Assembly: GCA_964448605.1 (NCBI GenBank)
Contig: CAYUZV010000005.1
Location: 1,465-65,464, forward strand
Length of the DNA: 64,000 nucleotides
Direction of reading: 5' to 3'
Origin: Candidatus Woesearchaeota archaeon
GTDB taxonomy: Archaea; Nanobdellota; Nanobdellia; Pacearchaeales; GW2011-AR1
Shown here piece by piece: positions 51,958 through 61,974 of this stretch (positions are counted from its first letter, which is position 1; the number at the start of each line of letters is the position of its first letter). A program made the translations under genes and the position numbers. The notes beneath the pieces are model-generated. The model saw only the letters and a list, made by a program, of their open reading frames with translations. It searched no databases and was not told where the DNA came from.

Positions 51958-53232
51958 ATGTTTAAATATATGGTAAAAAAATATGTGATAACTTCAGAAA
52001 GTGTGACTGAAGGACATCCTGATAAGGTTTGTGATAAAATAAGTGATGCTATTCTTGATAATTTGCTTGCTCAAGATCCTGATTCCAGAGTTGCTGTTGA
52101 GTGCTTGGTTACAACTGGAAGTGTTCATGTTGCTGGAGAGGTTACTACAAAAGGTTTTTTAGATGCTCAAAGAGTTGTAAGAGATGTTTTAAAAGAAATA
52201 GGGTATACTGATCCTCGTTTTGGAATAGATTATGAAGATGCTGGTGTCTGGGTTAGTATTCATGGGCAGAGTGTGGATATTTCTCAGGGTGTTACTTCTG
52301 GAATTGGAGAAGATAAGGAACAGGGTGCAGGTGACCAGGGAATGATGTATGGTTATGCTTGTGCTGAATGTGAAGAACTTATGCCTCTTCCAATTGTTTT
52401 AGCTCATAAATTAACTCAAAGATTATCTATTGTTAGAAAGACAGGAATTATAAGGGGATTAGGTCCTGATGGAAAAAGTCAGGTTTCTGTTGAATATGAA
52501 GATGGTAAACCTAAGAGAATTTCTGCAGTTGTAATTGCTCAACAACATGTTGATGATATTTCAGAAGAAGTTGTTAAGAGAGAAATAATTGAAAAGGTTA
52601 TTAATCCTATTTGCAAAAATCTTATGGATGAAGAAACTAAGGTTCATGTTAATGCAACAGGCAGATTTGTTATCGGAGGTCCTGAAGGAGATACTGGTGT
52701 TACAGGTCGTAAGATAATAGTTGATACTTATGGAGGAGTTGGTCGTCATGGAGGGGGTGCTTTTTCTGGAAAAGACCCTTCTAAAGTAGACAGAAGCGGT
52801 GCTTATATGGCTCGTTATGTTGCTAAAAATATTGTTGCTTCAGGTTTAGCTGAAAAATGTGAAGTTCAGTTGAGTTATGCTATTGGAGTTTCAAAACCTA
52901 CTTCTGTTAATGTAGATTGTTTTGGGACAAATAAAATTTCTGAAGAAAAAATTTCAGAATTAGTTTATGAAAATTTTGATTTAACTCCTAAAGGAATTAT
53001 TGAAGAATTAAATTTGAAAAGACCTATTTATAAAAAGACTGCATCTGATGGACATTTTGGAAGAGTTGATGCTGATTTTACTTGGGAAAGAACTGATAAG
53101 GCAGAGATATTAAAAAAAGGATTAAATATTGTCGAAGAGAAACCAGTTGTTGAAGAACAGGTTATGTATGAGGAACCTAAAATTGAAAATCGATTTGAGA
53201 GAAAAGAAGGTTTTGAGAATATGCATTATTGA
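51958..53232 (+). CDS. metK: S-adenosylmethionine synthetase, bacterial/eukaryotic (MetK) type
   Basis: [62 protein letters not shown] and [16 protein letters not shown]. There is an extra tail of about 35 aa. The likely start is ATG 51970. Confidence 0.9.
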   Translation: MFKYMVKKYVITSESVTEGHPDKVCDKISDAILDNLLAQDPDSRVAVECLVTTGSVHVAGEVTTKGFLDAQRVVRDVLKEIGYTDPRFGIDYEDAGVWVSIHGQSVDISQGVTSGIGEDKEQGAGDQGMMYGYACAECEELMPLPIVLAHKLTQRLSIVRKTGIIRGLGPDGKSQVSVEYEDGKPKRISAVVIAQQHVDDISEEVVKREIIEKVINPICKNLMDEETKVHVNATGRFVIGGPEGDTGVTGRKIIVDTYGGVGRHGGGAFSGKDPSKVDRSGAYMARYVAKNIVASGLAEKCEVQLSYAIGVSKPTSVNVDCFGTNKISEEKISELVYENFDLTPKGIIEELNLKRPIYKKTASDGHFGRVDADFTWERTDKAEILKKGLNIVEEKPVVEEQVMYEEPKIENRFERKEGFENMHY

Positions 53233-53240
53233 TAAAAAGG

Positions 53241-53248
53241 TTTATAAA
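53241..53248 (+). promoter_or_regulatory. TATA box (AAAAGG-TTTATAAA)
   Basis: A BRE-like AAAAGG precedes TTTATAAA. The same AAAAGGTTTATAAATA string occurs at 54198-54213, and AAGGTTTATAAATA occurs at 57400-57413 before the S-layer gene. Confidence 0.5.
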
Positions 53249-53270
53249 TAATAAAAATTAAAATATAATT

Positions 53271-54101
53271 ATGAAAGATATAGAGGGGTGTAAAATGATG
53301 AAAAAGGCATTTGTTGTTTTGTGGGTTTTTTTAATGGTTTCTGTGGTATCTGCTTCTGTTACAATTAATGTTAATACTCTTCCTGAACATAAACTTAATA
53401 TTTTTTTTAGAGAACCTGATTCTCAGAGTAATTTTGAGAGTTTTTATCCTGAAACTGGAGATGGAGATGTTACAATTGCCTCAGATACAACTAAATCTAA
53501 AATAGATTTAAAGGTTATTTTGAAAAAAGGAAATAGTGTAATTATTAATCATGTGTTTGAAGATTTATTGACAAGTGAACCAATTAATATAAATTTTATA
53601 CCTGGTGATGTTAGATTGATTAAAGAAGAAGTTGTTGAGGAGCTGGTTGATGAGGTTGAAGAAGAGACTGAAGAGATTGTTGAGGAATTAGCAGATGAAG
53701 TTCCTGGAGGAAATGTTGTAGAAGAAAACACTGAAACTCAAGAGGTTGAAGAAGTTCAGGATGAATCAAAAATAACTGGAATGGCTATTGGTAATATAAG
53801 TTCAAAAATATTTTATTGGGCAGGAGGTATTTTTGGATTGGTTTTGTTTATTGGGATAATATTATTTTTTGTTTTAAAGAAGAGTGGAAAAAGTAAAAAA
53901 GATGAAGATTTTAAAGTAAAAAAACCTGTTGATGTTGATGATTATAATGAAAAGTTAGATAGTGCTGAAAAAAAGATTGAGGAGGCGAAAAGAGAATTGG
54001 ATGAATTGAGGGAGAGAAAGAAAAAATTGCAAGATGCAAGAGAGAAATTTAAGAGAGATCAGGAAGAGTTGAAAAGATTAGAAGAGGAAGAGAGATATTA
54101 G
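53271..54101 (+). CDS. Type I membrane surface protein, hypothetical
   Basis: Signal MMKKAFVVLWVFLMVSVVSA, an acidic EV-rich linker, TM helix IFYWAGGIFGLVLFIGIILFFVL and a charged coiled-coil cytoplasmic tail. Confidence 0.6.
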   Translation: MKDIEGCKMMKKAFVVLWVFLMVSVVSASVTINVNTLPEHKLNIFFREPDSQSNFESFYPETGDGDVTIASDTTKSKIDLKVILKKGNSVIINHVFEDLLTSEPININFIPGDVRLIKEEVVEELVDEVEEETEEIVEELADEVPGGNVVEENTETQEVEEVQDESKITGMAIGNISSKIFYWAGGIFGLVLFIGIILFFVLKKSGKSKKDEDFKVKKPVDVDDYNEKLDSAEKKIEEAKRELDELRERKKKLQDAREKFKRDQEELKRLEEEERY

Positions 54102-54203
54102 ATTTTTAATAAAGGTGGTGAGAGTTATTTAGGGAGTGAGGAATTTAATGGAATGAAAAATGGTTGAAGAAATGAATTTGTCGTCGGGGGGAGAATAAAA
54201 AGG

Positions 54204-54211
54204 TTTATAAA
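54204..54211 (+). promoter_or_regulatory. TATA box (TTTATAAA) for the 810-aa glycoprotein gene
   Basis: It lies in the AAAAGGTTTATAAATA context, about 40 nt upstream of the start. Confidence 0.5.
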
Positions 54212-54244
54212 TAAGGTTATCCTTTGAATTAATTAAAAAAAGAT

Positions 54245-56677
54245 GTGAAAATGGTTGAAGAGGTTGAGATTAAAAATAGGAAAGTATATTTTTTTGTTTT
54301 GATGTTAATTGTTGTTGTCTTGTTTGGTTTGAATTTTGTTTTTGCTTGGGATTTTTATGGATATACTTATGATGTTGATGGAAATATCTTATACAATACT
54401 ACTATAAATATCTCAATTTGGGATATGTCTGGAGGTTCTTCAAACTTGGTTGGATCTAATTTTTCTTATTCTAATGAATCAGGATGGTTTAATTTTAGTA
54501 TTAGTGGAAATTCGAGTTGGATGTATAAACCTATTATTAGGCATTTTCAGGAGAATAAAACTGATGGAAGCACTCCTATAGATTACATAGGACAATCTCT
54601 TCCAATGTTTCCTTATTCTCATTTTTTTAATACAACAGATATCAAATTTTATCTGAGAGATGCAGGAACTATAAATATAACTGCAATTAATTCTACTGGA
54701 GATAGAATTAATTTTACATATACAGTTAAGGACACAAAGTTGGGTTTTCCTGTTGAGGAAAATAATAATGAAGTTTCAGAAGGAATTGTTTATGTTCCAA
54801 GAGATAGGAATTATTCAATTACAATTTTTCCTCGTACAGATATGAGAGCTATTTATAATTGGAATAATTTTTCATCAGGTTCTTCATATACTTCTTCTGA
54901 TTTATTGAGTTATAATGCAACTACACATACTATTCAAAAAACATTTAATGTTACGACAAATTTACTAAGAATAACAGGGCATATTCAAAACACAAGTGGA
55001 GATGATTTTGCAGATTGGAATGAGTTTAATGTTGTTGCATTTTTCTTAGCCTCTGGAGATCATGTTTTTTTAGGTGATAGAGTTTCAATGCCTTATAATA
55101 TGAGTGCGTGGAATAATGGGCAAACTGATGAATATAATTTAACTTCAGGTTTTTACAATATAACTCTTCCAGGTCCTGAAGAATCAGCAACATATATTTT
55201 ATTTGCAACAGCAAGAAACGGAACAAATTATTATGGAGGGTATAAAAATATAACTCTAGATTATTCTTCTAGTAGTGATGAATTAAATTTTACAATGTAT
55301 CCTTTAATGTCAGGTGATTGGGGTTCTGCAAATAGCAATATGTCTTTAGATGATGCAAATACTTGGGAAGAAGTGAATATCTCTACTGCAAAACAGCAAT
55401 TTAGCTTAATTAATTCTACAGATGATTTAGTAACACAATCTAATGCATTTATAGAAGCAAAAGTAGATTATTCTGATTATGGAGCTAAGGAGTTTATCTT
55501 TGGGACACAAGTTTCTTCAGGAGGGTCTAGTTTTTATTTGCCTTTGTTGAATATTACTGGAATTAAAGAGATGAATATTTATTCTCAGACATATGCTCCT
55601 CGAAAGATTGGAACAAGAACTGCATCACAAATTTTATCAAATCCTAATATTACATTGTCAACTTTTAATCCTGGAGATATTGGTTCAACATTGGCAAAAT
55701 CCCAGATTAGTGTTGCTTTATATAAATCTAATTTAAGTTGTGATATGCCTGTCCCAGGAAGTGGGTGTAGTGTTCAGAATTCTGCAGACATGGATAATTT
55801 TAATCCTTTAAATTCAGTTATAGGGGGTGGTGCTTTAAGTTTTAGAATGGGTATGTTGAGTGCAGGAATAATTGTTCATTATGTTAATGTTGATATGCTT
55901 GCATCAGGACCTCCTGATGCATCTTTTGATAATGCTGCAACAGAAACCACTTCAAGTGGTTTTGATTCTGCAATGAGATTTGGAAGTAATGGACCTACGA
56001 TTTATGATTATGTTTTAATTTCAATGCCTTATACTGAAGGAAGTACTTCTACAACTGGTTTAAATGAAAATGCAGATATTAATCTTAGTATTCCAAATTT
56101 GTATGATGATGATTGGAATGTTATATGGAACACTGCTAATAATGGAACAAATGCAAGTGCATTAGCAGGTAATCAATCTCATTATTCAGATGAACAAAAT
56201 GAATGGCAGACATTGTTAGAGAGTGTTAATTGCACTCGTAATGCAAGTGGATTGAATAAAACAACTCCTTGTTATATTGATACGAGTAATAATAAGATTT
56301 GGGTAAGATTACCTCATTTCTCAGGAACCGGACCTTCTGTTTCCGGAAGTGTGATAACTGCTACAAGCAGTTCGAGCAGTAGTTCTTCAGGAGGTGGTGG
56401 AGGAATTGTTACATCATCAACAGATTCAAATGAAACAACTAATGAGAGTGTTTCTTCAAGCAGTAGTTTATCTGGAGGAGGTTCTGCTGAAAGTGGAGAT
56501 ATTGTTCAGAAATCTCCTGATGAGATTTTAAGTAGCGAGGTGGGGCGAGGATGGATTATTGGAATAGGATTAATGCTTTTAGCATTTATTGTTGTTATTA
56601 TTGTTTGGATTAAAAAAAGGGGAAATGCTGGGATTGAAAATATTCATAAGAGTAGAGGGAAAGGAAAGAAGAAGTGA
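54245..56677 (+). CDS. Large surface glycoprotein candidate with C-terminal TM anchor
   Basis: N-terminal TM/signal VYFFVLMLIVVVLFGLNFVFA and more than 30 N-x-S/T sequons. A Ser/Gly linker SSSSSSSGGGGG is followed by TM helix WIIGIGLMLLAFIVVIIVWI and KKRG..KGKKK. Confidence 0.65.
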   Translation: MKMVEEVEIKNRKVYFFVLMLIVVVLFGLNFVFAWDFYGYTYDVDGNILYNTTINISIWDMSGGSSNLVGSNFSYSNESGWFNFSISGNSSWMYKPIIRHFQENKTDGSTPIDYIGQSLPMFPYSHFFNTTDIKFYLRDAGTINITAINSTGDRINFTYTVKDTKLGFPVEENNNEVSEGIVYVPRDRNYSITIFPRTDMRAIYNWNNFSSGSSYTSSDLLSYNATTHTIQKTFNVTTNLLRITGHIQNTSGDDFADWNEFNVVAFFLASGDHVFLGDRVSMPYNMSAWNNGQTDEYNLTSGFYNITLPGPEESATYILFATARNGTNYYGGYKNITLDYSSSSDELNFTMYPLMSGDWGSANSNMSLDDANTWEEVNISTAKQQFSLINSTDDLVTQSNAFIEAKVDYSDYGAKEFIFGTQVSSGGSSFYLPLLNITGIKEMNIYSQTYAPRKIGTRTASQILSNPNITLSTFNPGDIGSTLAKSQISVALYKSNLSCDMPVPGSGCSVQNSADMDNFNPLNSVIGGGALSFRMGMLSAGIIVHYVNVDMLASGPPDASFDNAATETTSSGFDSAMRFGSNGPTIYDYVLISMPYTEGSTSTTGLNENADINLSIPNLYDDDWNVIWNTANNGTNASALAGNQSHYSDEQNEWQTLLESVNCTRNASGLNKTTPCYIDTSNNKIWVRLPHFSGTGPSVSGSVITATSSSSSSSSGGGGGIVTSSTDSNETTNESVSSSSSLSGGGSAESGDIVQKSPDEILSSEVGRGWIIGIGLMLLAFIVVIIVWIKKRGNAGIENIHKSRGKGKKK

Positions 56678-56871
56678 ATTTTTAATGTGAGGTGAGAGTA
56701 TCTCTGATGAGTTTTTACTACCTTGTAATTTATGACTCGCCATCTTGCTTGTTATTTTTCGCAAAATGGTTTGTTTTCCACTGAATATTGGAGATACTGT
56801 TGAGGTGATAACATTTATGGTATCTTTTTATTGTAAGAGATTGCTAAAATAAGGTTCTTATAGAAATCCTG

Positions 56872-57225
56872 TTATAAGTTTATTGTAATAACTACCTTAT
56901 CTGCATCTAAAACAGGTCTTAATCGTTCTCTGCCGTGTTTGTGAGATGCGATGAGTTCTATAAAACCAAATCTTTCTAAAAGCTTAATATCATGCCTGAC
57001 TGCTTTGAAATCTCTTCCTAAGAGTTTTGCTAATTCATATATGGATTCTGGTTGTTTTGTTTTGCAGACATGCAATAAACGAGCTTTTTCATTGCTTAAA
57101 ATCTGTCTTAATTTAGAGATTTCTGATTCCTGATTTTTATTAGATTTAAATCTGCTAAATATTGTTGAGAATGTTCCTTCTTTTTCAGTTATTGAAATTG
57201 TTCGTGTTTTTGTTTGGTTAGCCAT
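56872..57225 (-). CDS. Winged-helix (ArsR/MarR-like) transcriptional regulator
   Basis: ESIYELAKLLGRDFKAVRHDIKLLERFGFIEL is an HTH plus wing. Confidence 0.6.
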   Translation of the reverse strand: MANQTKTRTISITEKEGTFSTIFSRFKSNKNQESEISKLRQILSNEKARLLHVCKTKQPESIYELAKLLGRDFKAVRHDIKLLERFGFIELIASHKHGRERLRPVLDADKVVITINL

Positions 57226-57403
57226 TTTATCTAAAATACCTAAGAATCAATGGTATATAAATTTTTCCATATATCTAATAAATATATGTTATAGATACTG
57301 GTTATTTTTTATAATATATGTTATTAAATATGGTGTATTTAAAAATAAAGAAAATTTGTTATTCTTAGGAACTTATTATTAATTATATAATAGTTACATA
57401 AGG

Positions 57404-57411
57404 TTTATAAA
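57404..57411 (+). promoter_or_regulatory. TATA box for the S-layer candidate gene; implies ~160-nt 5' leader
   Basis: AAGGTTTATAAATA. The ATG with strong SD (AAAGGAGGT) is at 57595. Confidence 0.4.
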
Positions 57412-57552
57412 TAGAAGTTAAAAATAAAGGTTTTTATGGAAAAGAATGGGGAAAGATTTTTAAATGAAGAAATATATTTAGTATTGTTTAAATAAAACTG
57501 GCCAGAATGACAGAGGACTTATAGGGATGACAGAAAGAGGTGTCCAATATAA

Positions 57553-60249
57553 TTGGAGGTTATGATAAAAAATATTGAAAGGAGGTTAAAAAATATGTTA
57601 TTTAATTTTAAAAAAATAGCTTCGGTATTGACAAGTGCAGTTATGCTTTCTAGTACTATTGGATTTGCAGCTGCTGCAACCTATCCAGCTCCTTTTGTAG
57701 TTGATGGACTTGCAGATGGTGCTGTTGTTTATGGTGCTAATGCTGCTATTAGTGATGTTACTGCTGCTATTGATTTGCAACAAAAACTTGGAGCTCTTGC
57801 TACAAGTGGAACTGCTACAACTAGTGCTTCTGTAAGTGGTGAAGCTGCTGCTCTTTTTTCAGGAGGAACAAAACTATATGTTAATGATAGTTTAAATTCT
57901 GTTAAAAGTGTTTTAACAAAAAGTGAGTTGCCTATTGTTTTAGCTGATCAGAGTTTTTCTGGAAATGTGGATGCTACTGTAACACATTCAATTAATATTG
58001 GTTCAAATCCAAGAATTACTTTTGATAAACAGCCAACAACTTCAGATGACCCTAATTATGCTTTAACAACTAGTACAACTCAGGCAAATTACATTTACAA
58101 TGCAACTGCCACATTTAATAAAGCAGTTAATTTAAGTAATTCTGATTCAGAAGGAGAAACTATAACCCTTTTTGGACAAGATTTTACAATTGCTGCTTCA
58201 AGTGATTCAGATACGTTAGTATTGTTAAAAAGTGCTGAAAAAATAAGTTTATCAAGTGATAATCCTACTGCTGATGTTACTGTTGGAGGTGAAACCTACA
58301 CTGTTGAATTAGTTTCAGCATCAGATGATGCTGCTACAATTAAAGTTACAGATAGTGCTGGAACTTCTGCAAGCAGAGAAATTAGTGAAGCTGCATCTAA
58401 AAAGGTTAATGATGTTACTATTGCAGTTACAACTGCTGATGAAACTAATATAAAGTTATCAGCAAGTATTGTTGTAGGTGCTGACAAGTTAACTCTTGAA
58501 GATGGTTCTTCTGTTACTGAAGGTGATGATGCAACTACTGTAGATGGAACTGTTGTAGATTTTGGAACTACAGGAGAGAGTACTGAAAATATGACTTCAT
58601 TAACAATTAGTGTATATGCTTCAGAATCTGATGAAGATGCTATAAAGGCAGGAGAGGTTTTTACAGACCCTGTTTTTGGTAATTTTAAACTGGATTTTTC
58701 TGGTTTTAATATTGAGTCAGATCCAATTACTGCAGGAGATGTTTCTTCAAGAGAAACAATAACTGTTGCTCCGAGTAGTGATGATAAGTTAGATTTAACT
58801 TTTACAGACCATAGAGGTCATGAAAAAACAATTACATGGGTAGTTAATAGCACAGGTTCTAAAACTCCTCAACTTATGGCTGATGATGATTATAGAAATA
58901 TCAGTGTTTTTGAATCTGAAGCAATTCATGATGAGGAAATAGTTGTTGTAGGTAATGAGGATGAAGGATATTTATTGAAGTTGTCAAATGTTAAGAATCA
59001 ATCTTCGGGATATAGCAGTGATATTGCTCAATTCAAGGATGTTTTTACAGATGATACTTACGATACTGTGTGGACTGCTGATGGTTCTGGAACAATCACT
59101 ATTGGAGGTAAATCTTATTCAGTTACACTGGCAGGTGCGCATACTGTGGCAACAGAAGCTTATACTGTTAGATTAGATTATCCTGATAGTAGTGGAAATG
59201 GAGTTGCTGTAATTTACCCAACAATTCAAACTTCAAAAGGTGCTAAGATTGGATTGTATGAACCAATAACTATAAGTTTGAATAATTGGGATGGTGCGAG
59301 CAATGCTTTAACAGAGCTTAAATTTCCTAAGGGAGATGGTTATACTAGTGTTGAAAGTATTAGTTATTTCAATGATACTAATTCTCGTTGGAACTTTACT
59401 ACTTCAGCAGGGGTTCAAACGCTTGATATGAATGATACCAGTGGTGCAGATTCGTTTACTGCAACAATTGGACAGTTAAAATATAATTTTACTACTACAA
59501 GTGGAAATAGTACTAAAATTATGCTTTTGAATGTTGCAGAGAATGCTAATATTGATGAACCTGCTATGGTTATCTTTGAAGAAAAAGATGATAATTCAGA
59601 TTATCAAGCATTAATTGTTGAAGTTGAAGAAGGTGGTTCTGGTGATGATGGAGTTGGTGTTGATAGTGTTGAAGATACTTGGAGTAATGCAGGGACTAGT
59701 TGGTCTAAAACAAGAGCAAGTGATAGCAAGATGGAAGACAGAGCTGACTTGTGGGGGACTATAGTCACTATTGATGGTTCTGATTCAGATCAGAAATCAG
59801 CTACAATTAGTTATCCTGATGAGCAAATTTATGCACAGATTTACATGGCTGAAGAATCTGCTTCAATTACTCCTGGTTCAACAGGAAGTAGTTCAAGTGG
59901 AGGACAGGTAATGATTGTTACTGATAGTGAAGTAAGTACTGTTGCAAGCAAGAATTTGCTTGTAGTGGGTGGTAGTTGTATTAATACTGTTGCTGCTAAG
60001 ATTTTAGGATTTACTAGCCCTACATGTGGTGCTGATTTTACAGCTGCTACTGAAGTGGGTGAAGGTGAATATCTAATAAAAGTAGTTACTTCTCCATATA
60101 GTGATGATGCTACTGCTATGTTAGTTGCTGGTTATGAAAAAGCTGATACTCTTAATGCTATTGCTAAAGCTAAAGAAGGAGTTAGTACTGACATAGGATA
60201 CAGTCAAGTATATCCTATTACTAGCACTGGAACTGAAACAGAAGAGTAA
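57553..60249 (+). CDS. S-layer protein candidate
   Basis: The likely start is ATG 57595, with SD GAAAGGAGGTT 8 nt upstream. Sec signal MLFNFKKIASVLTSAVMLSSTIGFAAA. It is Thr/Ser/Ala/Asp-rich and nearly Cys-free except for one C-terminal pair. It has about a dozen sequons and a long oligo-T terminator. Confidence 0.6.
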   Translation: MEVMIKNIERRLKNMLFNFKKIASVLTSAVMLSSTIGFAAAATYPAPFVVDGLADGAVVYGANAAISDVTAAIDLQQKLGALATSGTATTSASVSGEAAALFSGGTKLYVNDSLNSVKSVLTKSELPIVLADQSFSGNVDATVTHSINIGSNPRITFDKQPTTSDDPNYALTTSTTQANYIYNATATFNKAVNLSNSDSEGETITLFGQDFTIAASSDSDTLVLLKSAEKISLSSDNPTADVTVGGETYTVELVSASDDAATIKVTDSAGTSASREISEAASKKVNDVTIAVTTADETNIKLSASIVVGADKLTLEDGSSVTEGDDATTVDGTVVDFGTTGESTENMTSLTISVYASESDEDAIKAGEVFTDPVFGNFKLDFSGFNIESDPITAGDVSSRETITVAPSSDDKLDLTFTDHRGHEKTITWVVNSTGSKTPQLMADDDYRNISVFESEAIHDEEIVVVGNEDEGYLLKLSNVKNQSSGYSSDIAQFKDVFTDDTYDTVWTADGSGTITIGGKSYSVTLAGAHTVATEAYTVRLDYPDSSGNGVAVIYPTIQTSKGAKIGLYEPITISLNNWDGASNALTELKFPKGDGYTSVESISYFNDTNSRWNFTTSAGVQTLDMNDTSGADSFTATIGQLKYNFTTTSGNSTKIMLLNVAENANIDEPAMVIFEEKDDNSDYQALIVEVEEGGSGDDGVGVDSVEDTWSNAGTSWSKTRASDSKMEDRADLWGTIVTIDGSDSDQKSATISYPDEQIYAQIYMAEESASITPGSTGSSSSGGQVMIVTDSEVSTVASKNLLVVGGSCINTVAAKILGFTSPTCGADFTAATEVGEGEYLIKVVTSPYSDDATAMLVAGYEKADTLNAIAKAKEGVSTDIGYSQVYPITSTGTETEE

Positions 60250-60250
60250 A

Positions 60251-60290
60251 TTTATTTTTCTTTTTTTCTTTTTTCTTTGTTTTTTATTTG
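60251..60290 (+). terminator. Oligo-T archaeal terminator region
   Basis: tttatttttctttttttcttttttctttgttttttattt lies immediately after the stop codon. Confidence 0.5.
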
Positions 60291-60480
60291 AGGGTTGTGA
60301 CGGAGGTTTCGGGAGTGGGGAAGATTTGAGGTATTATGGGAGATAATGTTTTTTGGGTGAGGGAGATTATTTGGGTTTTTTAAATGGTGAGTTTGAGAAG
60401 TATTTTTTGACAATAGTTTCGGGAGTGTGAAATTTGTAATTGTGCAGAAATATTTTTAAATGTTGGTTGATTGAGATTTT

Positions 60481-61059
60481 ATGCAGAAAATAATTACTCA
60501 AAAAGAAAAGGATAAAAAGAATAGAAGGAATCAGTTGATTATTGGGATTATTTTGATTGGATTGATGATATTTAGTAGTGTTGGTTATGCTTTGAGAGGA
60601 GATTCTGGAAGTGGTGAGGAGGTTTTGGAAATTAAGAGTGTTGAGTTTGTTAATAGTGATGGATATTGGAGATTTAATATTCAGGGAATGGAATTTATGA
60701 CAAGATATAATCCTGAAAATGTTGAAGGCATAAGATTAGTTAATGAACTTGATTTAGAGGATTATTCTGGAAAGACACTTTATTTTTCAGGAGATTATCA
60801 AGAGCCATTGAATGAGATAGGCAGGAATATGGATTATTTTGTTGAAAGGTTTAATGGTGCTTGTTTAAGTGAAAATTGCAGTTATGATTATCCTGTTAAA
60901 AATTGTTCTGAAGATAATGTGATTGTTATTGAAGAGGTTGATTATGAAGGAGAGAGGGAAAAGATTTATCAAAAAGATAATTGTATTTTTATAAAAGCGA
61001 GTTTGGGTAATCAGACGAAATATGCTGATGCATTTTTATTTGATTTATTGGAAGTATAG
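60481..61059 (+). CDS. N-terminally anchored extracellular protein, hypothetical
   Basis: Basic N-terminus, TM helix LIIGIILIGLMIFSSVGYAL and a Cys-containing ectodomain. Confidence 0.5.
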   Translation: MQKIITQKEKDKKNRRNQLIIGIILIGLMIFSSVGYALRGDSGSGEEVLEIKSVEFVNSDGYWRFNIQGMEFMTRYNPENVEGIRLVNELDLEDYSGKTLYFSGDYQEPLNEIGRNMDYFVERFNGACLSENCSYDYPVKNCSEDNVIVIEEVDYEGEREKIYQKDNCIFIKASLGNQTKYADAFLFDLLEV

Positions 61060-61104
61060 GTTGAATTTTAAGAATATTTAAAAATAAAGAGAGTATGTAA
61101 TAAT

Positions 61105-61974
61105 ATGGAAGAAAAAGATAAAAGGTTTGAGGATAATGAAGTGGAGAATTTTGAAAGGGAGGCGGGCTTGGAGGAAGGTGATAATTCAGAGAGTTTAGAT
61201 AATATGAATAAATTGGATAATGAAGAGAATAAATCTAATGTTGAAAATAGTGTGGAGAAAGAATTGAATAATGAAAATGCTGGAGATTTGGCGAAAGATG
61301 TTGGGAATGGAAATAAGGTTGATAAAAAGCAAGAAAGTCAGATTAAATGGGTTGTTTTTTTAATGATTGGAATGTTGGTTATTGTTTTAGTTGTTCCTTT
61401 TTTTGTTGAGAATTTTATTAATACTTTTGATTATAACGGGCTTGAGGTTAGGAAAACTAAGGTGGGTGATTTGATTATTTATAATATTGGTTTTCCAGTT
61501 GTTTCTGGAACTGGGCAGGTTATTGGTGATTATTCTGTGAAATTAAGAAATGATCCTCGGGAATTGGATGATGTTGAAATAATTAATGTTAGTGATGGTA
61601 AGATTGAATTTGCAAGGCATACAGGAGGTTTTAGTGATGTTTATCTTTCACTTGATACTGGAATGAAAAAATGCGAGGAGAACATTGTTGCATTAACTGC
61701 TTTGACTGCTTTTTTAGGTGATTCTGGTTTGCCTGTTAAATCTGCTGTTTATAATAGAAGTTATGCTGAAGAAAACAATATTACTTTTAAAAATTGCTGG
61801 GATTCTGATTTAGATACGATTATCAAAGTTAGAAGTGCTGATAGAAATTATATTAAAGAGGCAAAAAGGAATTGTTATGAAATTGGGTTTAAAGATTGTG
61901 ATATTTTGAAATCAACTGAAAGATTTGAGTTGCTGATTTTAGAGGAGTATGCAGAGAGGTTTATGGAGAGTTAG
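61105..61974 (+). CDS. N-terminally anchored extracellular protein, hypothetical
   Basis: Acidic Asn/Glu-rich N-terminus, TM helix WVVFLMIGMLVIVLVVPFFV and a Cys-containing ectodomain. Confidence 0.5.
   Translation: MEEKDKRFEDNEVENFEREAGLEEGDNSESLDNMNKLDNEENKSNVENSVEKELNNENAGDLAKDVGNGNKVDKKQESQIKWVVFLMIGMLVIVLVVPFFVENFINTFDYNGLEVRKTKVGDLIIYNIGFPVVSGTGQVIGDYSVKLRNDPRELDDVEIINVSDGKIEFARHTGGFSDVYLSLDTGMKKCEENIVALTALTAFLGDSGLPVKSAVYNRSYAEENNITFKNCWDSDLDTIIKVRSADRNYIKEAKRNCYEIGFKDCDILKSTERFELLILEEYAERFMES

Noticed and set aside
56700-56770. Possible C/D-box sRNA (TGATGA at about 56707) in the spacer after the glycoprotein gene.
   Set aside because: No properly spaced D', C' and D (CTGA) boxes or terminal stem could be found.
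61939-61974. Convergent gene overlaps: 36-bp between 61105-61974 (+) and 61939-63306 (-); 26-bp at 41594-41619; 4-bp at 39250-39253.
   Set aside because: These are probably a consequence of genome compaction. Nothing in the sequence suggests a specific regulatory role.
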